A stretch of DNA of 64,000 bases, taken from the NCBI GenBank assembly GCA_963751345.1, contig CAVVUS010000019.1, positions 32,001 through 96,000 of the forward strand, in the 5' to 3' direction. The position numbers were made by a program, and so were the translations under genes. The notes beneath the pieces are model-generated. The model was not told the DNA's origin and did no database searches. It was given only the letters and a program-made list of their open reading frames with translations. This document shows positions 22,234 through 32,847 of this stretch, piece by piece (position 1 is the first letter of the stretch; the number at the start of each line of letters is the position of its first letter). This DNA comes from an uncultured Chloroflexia bacterium. GTDB taxonomy: Bacteria > Chloroflexota > Anaerolineae > B4-G1 > SLSP01.

Positions 22234-22318
22234 GTCCTCCGTCCTCTCAGTATAGCCGAAGGGGCTGCGGAGACGCGACACGCAGCCCCTGGGTGGGTCA
22301 CTCGTTACTCGTCACCCG

Positions 22319-22867
22319 TCACTGTGCGGGAGCGCTTACCTTATACCATATCTCCGAGATGTAACCCTGCGCATCCGGATGGTAGACCTGTTGGACGATC
22401 TCGGGCGCACCGTCGGTACAGCGCCATTCGTAGACCGTCTCGCGACCGGTGACAACCGCCGGGATGAAGTCGACACTGGGGTTCTGGATGCAGTAATCGA
22501 TCTCCGCCTGGGTCGGTGTCTGGTCGGTGTTCGCCTTAGCGTCGCACGGCAGGTTTGCGCCGACGAAGCAGGCGTAGACGCTGCCGTCCATACAGCGCCA
22601 GGACATCCCGTTCTCCAGCACGTTCAGGGGCGTGTCGGGCGCGTTGAGCGCCACTTGCAGTCCCTGGGCTACAGACTCGGGGGCCTTGGGGCCGGTGTAG
22701 TCGCCGCCGGGCGTATCGACGGTGCCCACCGCCGTGCAGTAAGTGAAGGGATCGCTGTAGGTTGTCGCGGTCGGCGTCACCGCCGGAGTCGCGGTGGCTC
22801 CGCAGGCCGCGATGATCGCGGTCGCGAGCGCCAGCACAAGGATCACAGCCATACGTCTTGGTTTCAT
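22319..22867 (-). CDS. Small Cys-rich lipoprotein of unknown function
   Basis: ATG 22867 with aggagg RBS; lipobox 'IAAC'; 'DPFTYCTAVGTVD', 'WRCMDGSVYACFVGANLPC', 'IPAVVTG..TVYEWRC'. Confidence 0.8.
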   Translation of the reverse strand: MKPRRMAVILVLALATAIIAACGATATPAVTPTATTYSDPFTYCTAVGTVDTPGGDYTGPKAPESVAQGLQVALNAPDTPLNVLENGMSWRCMDGSVYACFVGANLPCDAKANTDQTPTQAEIDYCIQNPSVDFIPAVVTGRETVYEWRCTDGAPEIVQQVYHPDAQGYISEIWYKVSAPAQ

Positions 22868-23144
22868 CGTAGATGTCCTCCTGATTGTAGTTACCGGCTG
22901 CGGGCGCGGTTGCTCCCGTAGAGCGGCAGCGTATCGGCATGGCTTCTCACGCCACACGTCCATCATACACGCACGGTGGCCACGCCGCATCAGGGCGATG
23001 TGGTATTTCCCTCTACCACAATTCAGGTATGGCCTCATAGCCGGGATGCTGTACCATGTGCAGGGCATCTGGTTCAGCTTCGGCGAGGGGCCATAGCGTC
23101 GCGGACGGTTGTGCGCATACTGTGGTCGCGCAAGGGGAGAGACG

Positions 23145-23813
23145 ATGGGAACGATCACGGTGTTGTTGGCAGAGGATCACACGATCGTGCGTGAGGGGAC
23201 CCACCAACTGCTGGCCGATGTTGAGGGTATTTCCGTCGTCGGTGAGGCATCGGATGGCGCCGAGGCGGTGCAGATGGCCTCCCGGCTGCTGCCGGACGTC
23301 GTTGTGATGGACGTGCATATGCCCCGGATGGACGGCATCGCGGCAACGAAGCAGCTCAAGGCGGAGCACCCGAAGATGCGCGTGTTGATCCTCTCCGCCT
23401 ACGAAGATGACCACTACGTCTTCCCACTGCTGGAGGCCGGGGCGGACGGCTACCTGCTCAAGACGGCCGGCGGGGATGACTTGGTGCAGGCCCTCCGCAC
23501 CGTCGTCCGTGGTGAGACGGTGCTGGATCCGCTGGTGGCAGACAGGGTGGTCCGCCACCTGACGCAGGATTCGCCGTCGTCCCGCAAGCTTGACGGGCTT
23601 GTAGATGCCCTCACTGAGCGTGAGCTCGAGGTCCTGCAGGAAGTCGCCAGGGGCAAGACCAATAGAGAGGTTGCAGAAGCTCTCTGCATCAGCCCTTCTA
23701 CCGTTCAGGTGCACCTGCGCAATGTCTTCGATAAGCTCGGCGTGGGCAGCCGCACGGAAGCCGTGACCTGTGCCTTGCGTCAGGGCTGGATTCGGTTGGA
23801 TGATGATCTCTAA
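23145..23813 (+). CDS. NarL/FixJ family DNA-binding response regulator
   Basis: Receiver domain 'LLAEDH', 'VVMDVHMP', 'GYLLK'; LuxR HTH 'LTERELEVL...GKTNREVAEALCIS..TV..HLRNVFDKLGV'. Confidence 0.95.
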   Translation: MGTITVLLAEDHTIVREGTHQLLADVEGISVVGEASDGAEAVQMASRLLPDVVVMDVHMPRMDGIAATKQLKAEHPKMRVLILSAYEDDHYVFPLLEAGADGYLLKTAGGDDLVQALRTVVRGETVLDPLVADRVVRHLTQDSPSSRKLDGLVDALTERELEVLQEVARGKTNREVAEALCISPSTVQVHLRNVFDKLGVGSRTEAVTCALRQGWIRLDDDL

Positions 23814-23876
23814 ACCCCGCTACTCAGGAACCGGGTTCGCTGAGTGGTAGGCGCCAGTGGAACCATCCGGAGGCCT

Positions 23877-25745
23877 ATGTCCCGGCTCAGCACTCGTACA
23901 CGCATCATGGCCGCGACGTTTGCACCGCTCCTGCTCTTCGTCCTCCTTGGGGTGGGGGCGGTGGTCTACGTCATCCCCGGCATCATCCAGGGCTTGGTCC
24001 TGCAGCGCCAGACGGCGCTCGCCGAGGTGGCTGCGGCGGGCGTTGCCGGTGAGATGCAGGGCCATCTGCGGCTCCTCCTGAGTACCGCCGACGACGTTGG
24101 CGCCATCGTGGGGGTGTCACCAGCCGAGGACGCTGCGGCGATACAGCAGTTGCTGGCGCGGCGGGCGATGCTCCTGGAGGTCTTCACCGGCGGCATGGCC
24201 TACGTCGATCTCGACGGCACGCTCGTGGCAACCGGCCCCGGCGCCAGAGGCCAGGTGGGAGAGAGTTTCGGCCACGCCGACTACCTCGAACGCGTCTTCG
24301 CCAGCCGGACGCCCACCTTCTCTTCGGTGATAGACAGCGTGCCAGGTGGCAGCGGGAGCATGATGGTGGCCGTGCCGGTGCGTGGTGGCGGCCAGGTCAC
24401 CGGCGCGCTGGTGGGCGAGTTCGATCTGCAGCGCAACACCTGGGCGAGCAATCTGAACCTGTTGCGCACGCCCCAAGGCGGCACGGTGAGCCTCATCGAT
24501 GCTGCGAGCACCGTGATCTACGATCTCGATCCCAAGCAGATCGGGCGCACAGTCCAGCAGGATTCCCCGCAGCTCTGGCAGATGGTCCTCGCAGGGGAAC
24601 CGGACAGCCGCCTCTTCGACATCGGGCAGCTCCCTCGCGAGGTTATCGCGTATGCGCCCGTGCCCGGCATCGCCTGGGGTCTGATCCTCAGGGAGTCATG
24701 GGATGCGATTATGGCGCAGACGCGCCTCTCTTTCTGGGCGATCGGCGGACTGTGGCTGGTGGGGCTCCTGGTTGCGGCTCTGGTGCTCTCGCTGAGCGTC
24801 CGTCGGGCCCTGCTGCCCCTCGATGCGGTCATCACCGAGGCCCGGAACGTCGCTGAGGGTGGCACATTCAACCCGTTGCCCGAAGCGGGTCCGCCTGACA
24901 TCAGGGCGCTGGTCGCGGCGCTGAACCGGATGGTGGCGCAACTCAACTCGCAGCAGGCCACGCTACGCGACTACGCTCGCCGCGTCCTACAGGGCCAGGA
25001 GGCGGAGCGCAAGCGGATCTCGCGCGACCTGCACGACGAGACCGTCCAGTCGCTGGTCGGCCTCTGCCAGCGGCTGGAGCTCGTAGATCGCGCACTGGCG
25101 AAGTGCGACGCCGCTGCCCATGAAGGCGATGCCCGGGAGGGCGAGGCGGGGGCGGCCGATCCGCCGATGGCTGCTGATCTCGACACCGAACTCCAGGAGG
25201 CCCTTGAGCTTGCCGGAAAGCGGCTCGAGCAGGTCAAGGCGCTGGCCGATGACACGCTCACGGACGTGCGCCGTATGAGTTACAACCTTCGACCCTTTAT
25301 GCTGGAGGATCTCGGCCTCGCGGCCGCGCTTCAGGGCCTGGCCCGCGATCTTGGCGCCCGCTTCCCCGACGCGCATGTGAGTTGTGAGATTGTCGGCGCG
25401 GTGCGCCGGCTGCCGCCGGATGTGGAGCTAACGATCTTCCGGATCGTGCAGGAAGCGCTGAGCAATGTGCGCAAACACGCCGCAGCCGTCGGGGCGACGC
25501 ACGTGAGCGTTGCGCTCATCTACGAGGACCGTGGGATCCTGGCGCTGGTCGAGGACAATGGGCCGGGCGCGATGCTCCCTTCGACCGACGAGCTGGTCCG
25601 GATGGGGCATCTGGGCATTGCGGGGATGGTGGAGCGGGCGCGGCTGTTCGGCGGGTCGCTGGACATCGTCACCGCGCCGGGCGAGGGGACCGAGGTGCGG
25701 CTGTGGCTGCCGGACGGATTTGTTCATCTGGCATACGCCAGCTAG
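23877..25745 (+). CDS. Sensor histidine kinase (TM-Cache-TM-HAMP-HisKA_3-HATPase)
   Basis: 'ERKRISRDLHDETVQSL', 'LRPFMLEDLGL', 'FRIVQEALSNVRKHA', 'EDNGPG', 'GIAGMVERA'. Confidence 0.93.
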   Translation: MSRLSTRTRIMAATFAPLLLFVLLGVGAVVYVIPGIIQGLVLQRQTALAEVAAAGVAGEMQGHLRLLLSTADDVGAIVGVSPAEDAAAIQQLLARRAMLLEVFTGGMAYVDLDGTLVATGPGARGQVGESFGHADYLERVFASRTPTFSSVIDSVPGGSGSMMVAVPVRGGGQVTGALVGEFDLQRNTWASNLNLLRTPQGGTVSLIDAASTVIYDLDPKQIGRTVQQDSPQLWQMVLAGEPDSRLFDIGQLPREVIAYAPVPGIAWGLILRESWDAIMAQTRLSFWAIGGLWLVGLLVAALVLSLSVRRALLPLDAVITEARNVAEGGTFNPLPEAGPPDIRALVAALNRMVAQLNSQQATLRDYARRVLQGQEAERKRISRDLHDETVQSLVGLCQRLELVDRALAKCDAAAHEGDAREGEAGAADPPMAADLDTELQEALELAGKRLEQVKALADDTLTDVRRMSYNLRPFMLEDLGLAAALQGLARDLGARFPDAHVSCEIVGAVRRLPPDVELTIFRIVQEALSNVRKHAAAVGATHVSVALIYEDRGILALVEDNGPGAMLPSTDELVRMGHLGIAGMVERARLFGGSLDIVTAPGEGTEVRLWLPDGFVHLAYAS

Positions 25746-25786
25746 AATGGAGGAGACGGACTGCCCGTGAGATCGGGAGGGTGACG

Positions 25787-27899
25787 ATGCCAGAGCCAAC
25801 GCAGGTGGAGAACGGCGTCCTATGGGCGAGGTTTGATGGCCGGTCGGGAGTCTGGCTGGGCCTGGGATATGTAGGCTCGGAGGAGTCGGTGATTCGGGCG
25901 GGAGAGCCCCCGTTCGAGCTGATCGTGGATGGAGAGCCCTTCTTCGGCGCGCGCCGCCGCGTGGCGGAGCGCCGATCCTATTCATGGGATCGCGGCGCCG
26001 TGCTCATCTTCGAGCGTGACGGCCTCCAGATTACCCACACCATAGAGGTGGACCCCGTGCGACCGGCGCTGCGACAGCAGGTCAGCGTCCGATGCCTGGA
26101 AGGGCGAGACCCACGACTGCTCACGCACGTGGTCTACCGCCTCCCCGGTCTCGCACCCGGCGACCCCGCGGATTGTCTCTACCAAGCGCCCGGTCAGATC
26201 GTGCCCGTCGATACACCCTACGGTGACGTCGTGGCCCGCTGTGCACGCGAGGGCTGCCTTGAGCTTCAGCCGTCGCCCTGTCACACGTCCGGCGTGGTGG
26301 CGATCGAGAACGCCCGGCTTCGGCGAGTGGCCTCGGCGTGGCTGATTTCGGATGAAGCGGTGGCTTTTCCACGGGTGGTGGGCGACTGCGAGCGGTTGAC
26401 GGTGGAGCATCGCCATCACATCGCCGCTTGGCTGCGCCCGGGCACCGAGGTCGTGTCGAGGGGGCACGGTGTGTTGCTGACGAAGGGTTCCTTGGAGAAG
26501 CACCTGGCAGGGTTCCGTGACGTGGCGTACGAGCTTTACGCCGCAGGCGGCCCGCGGCTGGCCTCGGCGACGGACGTGCCTGCGTGGTTCAGGGACGCGA
26601 GGGTCTTCCAGATTGCGCCTTATCCCCTGTCGGATTGGACGCCGCGGCTGTCCGAGATCCGCGAGATGGGCTTCAACGTCGTCTACCTCTGCCCCGTACA
26701 ATCCACGCCCGACGTCGGCTGGTACGATATTCTGGACCATTTTACGATCAGCAGCCGGGTTGGGACGGAGGAGGAGCTCAAGCGCTTTGTGACCGATGCG
26801 CACGCGCTTGGGCTGCGCGTGATCCTCGACTACCTGCCGCAAGGTGTGAGCGTGGAGAGCCCCTTTGTCGATGCCCACCCCGAGTGGCTGGTACGCGATG
26901 CGCTTGGGCGCACGGCCGGGTCGCACGGGTGGGGGCCACGCGCGGGCGCGCCGGTCCGCCCGAAGGCCGCCGAGACGCTCAGCCTCGACTGGGGCGATCC
27001 CGGCTACCGGCGTTTTGCCGTTGACTGGGCGCTATGGTATGTCCGCGGCTTCGATATTGACGGCTTCCGGTGCGACGCGATGCACTGGAAGGAGCCGAAC
27101 CTCTCGCCGGACAATCCCCGCCCTGCCTGGGCCACGATCTATGGCGGTATCCGCATCCTTGAGGAGCTACGCCCCGAGCTCCGCGCGCTCAAGCCTGATG
27201 CGGCGCTGCTGAGCGAAGTGTGGGGGCCAATCTTCCAGCCGGTGACCGATGGATCGTACGAGAACGGGTGGATCCTACAGGCCTTGAACGCGAGCTGGCT
27301 GGGCCCGGACGGCGCGCCGCGGATGACGGCCCGCCAGTACCAGCGTTACCTGGAGGTCACCTGCGCTGCCAGGCCAGAGGGCTACCTTCGGGCGAGCTTT
27401 ACCGCCAACCACGATATGCAGCCTCTGGGGCGTGCTGCCCGTGATCATCCGCTGGGTGCGGCTGTCAGTTTTGTCCACGCGTTCTCAGGGCGACATCCCT
27501 TTCGTGATGTGGTTGGAGCCCGAGGGCCGTGAGGGCTTCTTCACCGGGCTGATGCGCGAGCGGGCGGCGCTGTCGGGCTTTGCTCCCGACTTCGGCGCGG
27601 CGAAGAGTGACGCACCCGATCTCTTCCTGACCCTCTGGCGGGCGCCAGGCCGGGCGCCGATCCTGGCGGCGGCGAGTCTCTCGCGGCGTCCGCTAGAGGC
27701 CGGCGTGTCGATGGATGTGTCATTGGCCAACCCGCGTGTCCGGTACGGGTCCGAGGGCGTCGCCGTGGCAGCCGACGCGGCAGGCATCCGCGTGAGCCTG
27801 CCGTCGGGCGGTTACGCGTTGATCGAGGGACCAGGTTGGTCTAGGTGCCGATTCATCGGTTCCGGGAAGACGGGGATTCATTGCCAGGAGGATCTATGA
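25787..27899 (+). CDS. Alpha-amylase family (GH13-like) glycoside hydrolase with N-terminal beta-domain, frameshift near 27485
   Basis: 'MGFNVVYLCPV', 'AHALGLRVILD', catalytic regions 'DIDGFRCDAMH', 'LLSEVW', 'TANHD'. The C-terminus continues in ORF 27432..27899. Confidence 0.75.
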
Positions 27900-29068
27900 A
27901 TCATCGAGAGCGAGCATTGGCAGCACTGCGTCACGAGACGACCGACAGGGTGCCGTTCGAGCTCGGGTCGACGCGAAACACGGGTGTTCTTCAGGCACCG
28001 TACGAGGCGCTGGTGGCTCATCTGGGACTCGGCGACGGGCACGGTGAGAGGCCAAGCCTCGATGCCAGCAGACCTTCAGGCCACGGCATCGGCAAGGTGC
28101 TCGGCCTTGCGACACCCAACGAGGCCGTGTTGCGGCGGTTGGGCGTCGACTTCCGGGGCGTCTTCCTGGGAAAGGCGGACGTCTCTGCGGAGGCACTGCT
28201 CCCCGACGCCCCCGACGGCTCCGCGATGCACCGCGATGAGTTCGGCGTGATCCGACGCTGCCCGCCGGGTGGGCATTACTTCGACGTCGTGCGTTCGCCG
28301 CTCGCCGGCGACATCACGGCTGCCGAGATCGCTCGCTACCCTTGGCCCGATCCGACCGATCCGGGCGTCACCCGCGGGCTGCGGGAGAGGGCCCTCCACC
28401 TGCGCGAGACCCAGGACTGCGCGGTTGTGCTTCACCTGTCCGATATCTTCGTGCACACGACTCAGTATCTTCGCGGCTTCGAACCCTGGTATATCGATCT
28501 GGCGCTGTCACCCGATCTGGCAGGCACGCTGATGGATGCGGTGTTGGAGATCCGAATGGAGGTCGCGCGGCGGGCGCTGGAGGCTGTGGGCGATCTGGTC
28601 GACGTGGTGAGTACGGCTGACGACGTGGCCGACCAACGCGGCCCGCAGATGTCGCTGCGGATGTATCGCAGTCTCATCAAGCCGCGCCATGCGCGCTACC
28701 TGCGCCAGATCCGGGACATGACCGACGCGACGCTCCTCTATCACTCGTGTGGCTCGGTCGTCGACCTGCTGCCGGACTTTGTCGACATGGGCATTCAGGT
28801 GCTCAACCCGGTCCAGGTGACGGCCCGGGGAATGGATCCCGCCGCGCTCAAGGCTCAGTGGGGAGACGAACTGGCCTTCTGCGGCGCGATCGACACGATG
28901 CACGTACTGCCCTTCGGCACGCCCGGAGACGTGCGGGCCGAGGTTCGCCGCCGCATCCGCGAACTCGGCGAGGGTGGCGGCTACGTCGTCGCAGCGGTGC
29001 ACAACATCCAGCCGGATGTGCCACCGGAGAATATCGTGGCGATGAGCGACGAGGCGACGGGTGGATGA
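27896..29068 (+). CDS. Uroporphyrinogen decarboxylase / MtaA-CmuA-like family protein
   Basis: 'MNHRERALAALRHETTDRVP', 'YLRGFE', 'ADDVADQRGPQMS', 'YHSCG', 'LNPVQ', 'LPFGTP', 'VHNIQPDVPPENI'; ATGA overlap with the upstream gene. Confidence 0.88.
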   Translation: MNHRERALAALRHETTDRVPFELGSTRNTGVLQAPYEALVAHLGLGDGHGERPSLDASRPSGHGIGKVLGLATPNEAVLRRLGVDFRGVFLGKADVSAEALLPDAPDGSAMHRDEFGVIRRCPPGGHYFDVVRSPLAGDITAAEIARYPWPDPTDPGVTRGLRERALHLRETQDCAVVLHLSDIFVHTTQYLRGFEPWYIDLALSPDLAGTLMDAVLEIRMEVARRALEAVGDLVDVVSTADDVADQRGPQMSLRMYRSLIKPRHARYLRQIRDMTDATLLYHSCGSVVDLLPDFVDMGIQVLNPVQVTARGMDPAALKAQWGDELAFCGAIDTMHVLPFGTPGDVRAEVRRRIRELGEGGGYVVAAVHNIQPDVPPENIVAMSDEATGG

Positions 29069-29118
29069 CCGGTGACGATTGACGAGTGATAGGAGACTCT
29101 CCGATCGATCGTCACGCG

Positions 29119-30432
29119 TCAATCATCATTCTTTCCGTCATCGGCCAGTCGCACAACCGCATCCGCCGCCATCCCCAGCTTGAGCACGCCATCCGGGTTC
29201 GGCACGTCGACGTCGACCGCGAAGACGAGGTTGACGCGTTGGGCCTCGGTCTGGACGTTCTCGGGCGTGAACTCCGCCTGCCCTGCGATGCTTGCCACCG
29301 TGCCCGCGAAGACGCGATCGGGGAACGTGTCGACGGTCACGGAGACCGGTTGGCCGGTGTGGATCTGCCCGATCTGGTCCTCGGGCACGTAGATGACCAG
29401 CCTCAGGTCGGTGAGATCGGCGATCGTGAGCAGGGGCGCCCCTGCGGTGGCTGACTCGCCCACCTCGGCATCGCGGGAGGTCACGACGCCGGCTATCGGC
29501 GCCGTGAGCGTGAGGTGCGCGATCTGGACGTCGAGGATGCCCACCGCAGCCTGGGCCTGCGCCACCTGCGCCTGGGCGATGGCGATCTCCTGGTCTGTCG
29601 GCCCGGCATTGAGCTCCTCGGCTTTGGCGGAGGCTGCCGCCACCTGCGCTTCGTCAAGCGCGGCCTCTGCCTCGGCCTGGTGCAGCGCCGCCTCCAACTG
29701 CAGCGGCGACCGGCGGAGGGCGTAAAGCTGCGCGAGCACGGCCTGAGCACCGTCAAGATTGGCCTGGGCCTGGTCGAGCGCCGCCTGGGATGCTGTCAAC
29801 TGCAGGTCCCACGTCCGCTTGACGTCACCGCCCTTGGTCCGCGTAGACGTCGCGCTTGAGCTGTGTGGCTGCCAGTTGCGCTCTTGCCATCTCGACGCCC
29901 TGGGCTGCCAGGTCGCGCTGGGTCCGCGCCTGCGTGATCTGCTGATCGATGGTCTGTGGTGTCGTGATGGCAGTTCGCGCATCGATGACGGCCTGCATCG
30001 CCCCGGCGTACCGCGCCTCGGCCTCGCTCTGTGCGGCCCGGGCCGCCGCGATCTCCTCGGGCCGCGTGCCCTCCTGTACCTGCTGGAGGGCGGCTTCGGC
30101 TGCCACGACGGCTGCCTCGGCCTCCGCGCGCTGCTGCTGAAGCGTGCGTGTCGTCGAGCTGCACTACCACATCGTCCGCCAGGACGTCGTCGCCATTGGC
30201 CACCAAGATGGCGGCAATCCGTCCGTCTGTGTCCGCGGCCACGGTCACTTCCGTGCCCTCAAGGAAACCCGACGCCTGGATGGTGCCGGACGAGCTGGTA
30301 TTGGCCCCGGCGCCGGTCAGTCCCGAGATGGCGGGCAATGCACTGCAGCCTGTCACGACGATCGATACCGCTGCCAGGAGGGTGAACGACAACCGCAACC
30401 CGAGTGCCCTGGTGCTCCATACGCGCTTTCAT
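29119..30432 (-). CDS. HlyD/YbhG-type membrane fusion (adaptor) protein, frameshifted
   Basis: 'ASGFLEGTEVTVAA..GRI', coiled coil, 'LTAPIAGVV', 'AEFTPENVQT..QRVNLVFAV', 'LKLGMAAD'. Confidence 0.82.
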
Positions 30433-30433
30433 C

Positions 30434-31836
30434 TCAGTTCCCCTCCGTGAGGATTGTGGCCTGGGCGTACGTGCCGGGTTTGAGCACGTGGTCGGGATTG
30501 GGAATGCTCACGTCGACGCCGAAGACCAGCGAGACGCGCTCCTGCTGTGTCTGGACGTTGCGCGGTGTGAACTCGGCGTTGCTGGCGATGGCGACAACCC
30601 GACCGTCGAAGACGGTGCCCGGCGCGCTGTCGGCCTGCACCTCCACAGGCTGGCCAATGCTGACGCGCCCCAACTCGTCCTGGCGGACGTAGACGGTCAG
30701 TTTCACGTCATCGAGGTTGCCGAGCGTCAGCACGGTGGTCCCCGGCGCGACCAACTCGCCGGCGTGGCGGGCTGACGTCGAGGACGAGGCCGCCCGACCG
30801 GCGCGGCGACCGTCCCCTGTGCCTTCTGCTGTGCCAGCGTTGCGACGCCCGCCTGCGCCTCCTCGACCTGGGCGGACAGCACGGCAATCTGCGCGTCGGT
30901 GGCGCCGGCCTGCAGTGCTTCCAACTGTGCCCTGGCCTGATCCGCCCCGGCCATCGCCTGCTCGTAGCGGGCCTGCGCCGCATCGACCTGCTGCTGCAGA
31001 TCCTGCGGGTTCGCGCGCATCGCCAGCAGGTCGCGCAGCTCGGCTTTGGCGCCGTCGAGCTGCGCGGTGGCGGTGTTGAGCGCCACCCAGGCCTGCCAAT
31101 AGGCGTTGGGAATCAGGTGGAAATCCAACTGCGTCTCGATGACGGGGCGCGGCGGACGCTGATCCGCCGGGATCTTGCCCCACGCATCGAGCGCGTCCTG
31201 GATCTTCTTCTGTGCGTCGTAGAAGTCGTCGTTGGCAATCGTGGCGGCATCCTTGTTCGCCTCGGCCTGGGCCACGCCGGCCTGGGCCGAGGCGACAGTC
31301 GGCCCGTGCCCTGGCGATGGCGAGGTCGATCTCCTGTGGGTTATCGAGGATCGCCTGGGCGTCCTGCAAGTGCCTGGTAGGCACCCTCCTGTGCGGCCTC
31401 GGCCTGCTGCACGGCGGCTTCTGCCTGCCGGATCTGCTCGGGGCGGGCGCCCGCGGTGGCCTGGGCCAGTTGCGCCTCGGCCATCGTCACCTTCGCCTCG
31501 GCTGCCGCGATGGAAGCGTCCAGCAGGTCGGTGGTGAGGTGGAAGAGCGGCGTCCCGGCTGCGACGTCATCGCCCTTCGCCACTTCAACGGCGGCCAGCC
31601 GCCCGCCGATCGGCGGGCCGAGCTGTACCTCGTCGGCCTCGATAAAGCCCCACGCGACCAGGCCCTGGTCCGTGGGTTGGGCCAGTTTCAGCTCGACCAG
31701 GGTCTGGTGAACCGTCTCCTGGAACCTGCGGCGGCAGGGTGATGCTCGGCCCACGCGATATCCAGATGGCGGCCCCCGCCGCGACAAGGACGACGAGCAA
31801 AGCTGCGATAATGATGAGTCTGGGTCTGATGCGCAT
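30434..31836 (-). CDS. Second HlyD/YbhG-type membrane fusion protein, frameshifted
   Basis: N-terminal TM 'MRIRPRLIIIAALLVVLV', 'AWGFIEADEV', coiled coil, 'AEFTPRNVQTQQERVSLVFGV', 'LKPG'. Confidence 0.82.
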
Positions 31837-31871
31837 ATGTGTGACTCGCTCTCTACGTTACGCTGTCTGAA

Positions 31872-32837
31872 TCACGGATTCGATGCAAATCTGTGATTCA
31901 GACATCTTCCTGCATCTTCGCAATGAAATACGTCCTCCAGCGACGGGCGGATCGACCTCAACCGACGAGGTCGCGATGCCCGCATCGACCAGGGCTCGGC
32001 GGACGCTGATCCTGCTGCTGCGGCAGCATGCTCTCCGACAGCGTGAATCTGGGCGCCGTGGAGCGAGACTTCGTCGAAGAGCCCTGTCGACTGCAGCACG
32101 CCCACGGCACGGTTCGGCGCGTCACAGCCGATCTCCAGGATGTCACCCGGCATCGATTCCTGCTTGATCTGCGCGGGTGAGCCGCTGGCGATGATCCGGC
32201 CACGCTGGATGAAGGCGAGGCGGTGGCAGTGCTCTGCTTCATCCATATAGTGCGTGGTCACGAAGACGGTCACGCCACCGGCCACCAGCTCGTAGAGCAG
32301 GTCCCAGAAGGCGCGACGCGAGACGGGATCGACGCCCGCCGTCGGCTCGTCGAGGAAGACCAACTCCGGATGGTGGAGGATGGCCGCATTGAGCGCCAGT
32401 CGCTGTCGCCACCCCCCGGAGAGGTCGCGGGTGGGGGTGTGCTCGCGCCCGGCCAGGTCGGTGCGCGCCAGGGCCTCGCGGATGCGCCGGTTGAGCTCTC
32501 CGGGCGCGATGCCGTACGAGCGGCCGTAGAATCGCAGGTTTTGCAGCACCGTCAGATCGTTGTAGAGGCTGAAGGCCTGCGCCATATAGCCCACGCGCGG
32601 GCGAATCCGGCGGGGGGCGGCGGCGACCGACAGCCCCAGGACCTCGACGCTGCCCGACGTCGGCCGCACCAGCCCGAGCATCATGCGGATGGTCGTGGTC
32701 TTGCCGGCGCCGTTTGGACCGAGGAAGCCGAAGATCTCGCCGCGGCGCACCTCGAACGAGACGTCATCGACGGCGGTGAAGTCGCCGAATCGCTTGGTCA
32801 GCCCCTGTACGACAATGGCGGACGGTTGCCGGCTCAT
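31872..32837 (-). CDS. ABC-2 type exporter ATP-binding protein (C-terminus frameshifted)
   Basis: Walker A 'GPNGAGKTT', signature 'LSGGWRQR', Walker B 'VFLDEPTAGVDP', 'TTHYMDEAEHC'. Confidence 0.92.
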   Translation of the reverse strand: MSRQPSAIVVQGLTKRFGDFTAVDDVSFEVRRGEIFGFLGPNGAGKTTTIRMMLGLVRPTSGSVEVLGLSVAAAPRRIRPRVGYMAQAFSLYNDLTVLQNLRFYGRSYGIAPGELNRRIREALARTDLAGREHTPTRDLSGGWRQRLALNAAILHHPELVFLDEPTAGVDPVSRRAFWDLLYELVAGGVTVFVTTHYMDEAEHCHRLAFIQRGRIIASGSPAQIKQESMPGDILEIGCDAPNRAVGVLQSTGLFDEVSLHGAQIHAVGEHAAAAAGSASAEPWSMRASRPRRLRSIRPSLEDVFHCEDAGRCLNHRFASNP

Positions 32838-32847
32838 CGCCTGCCCC

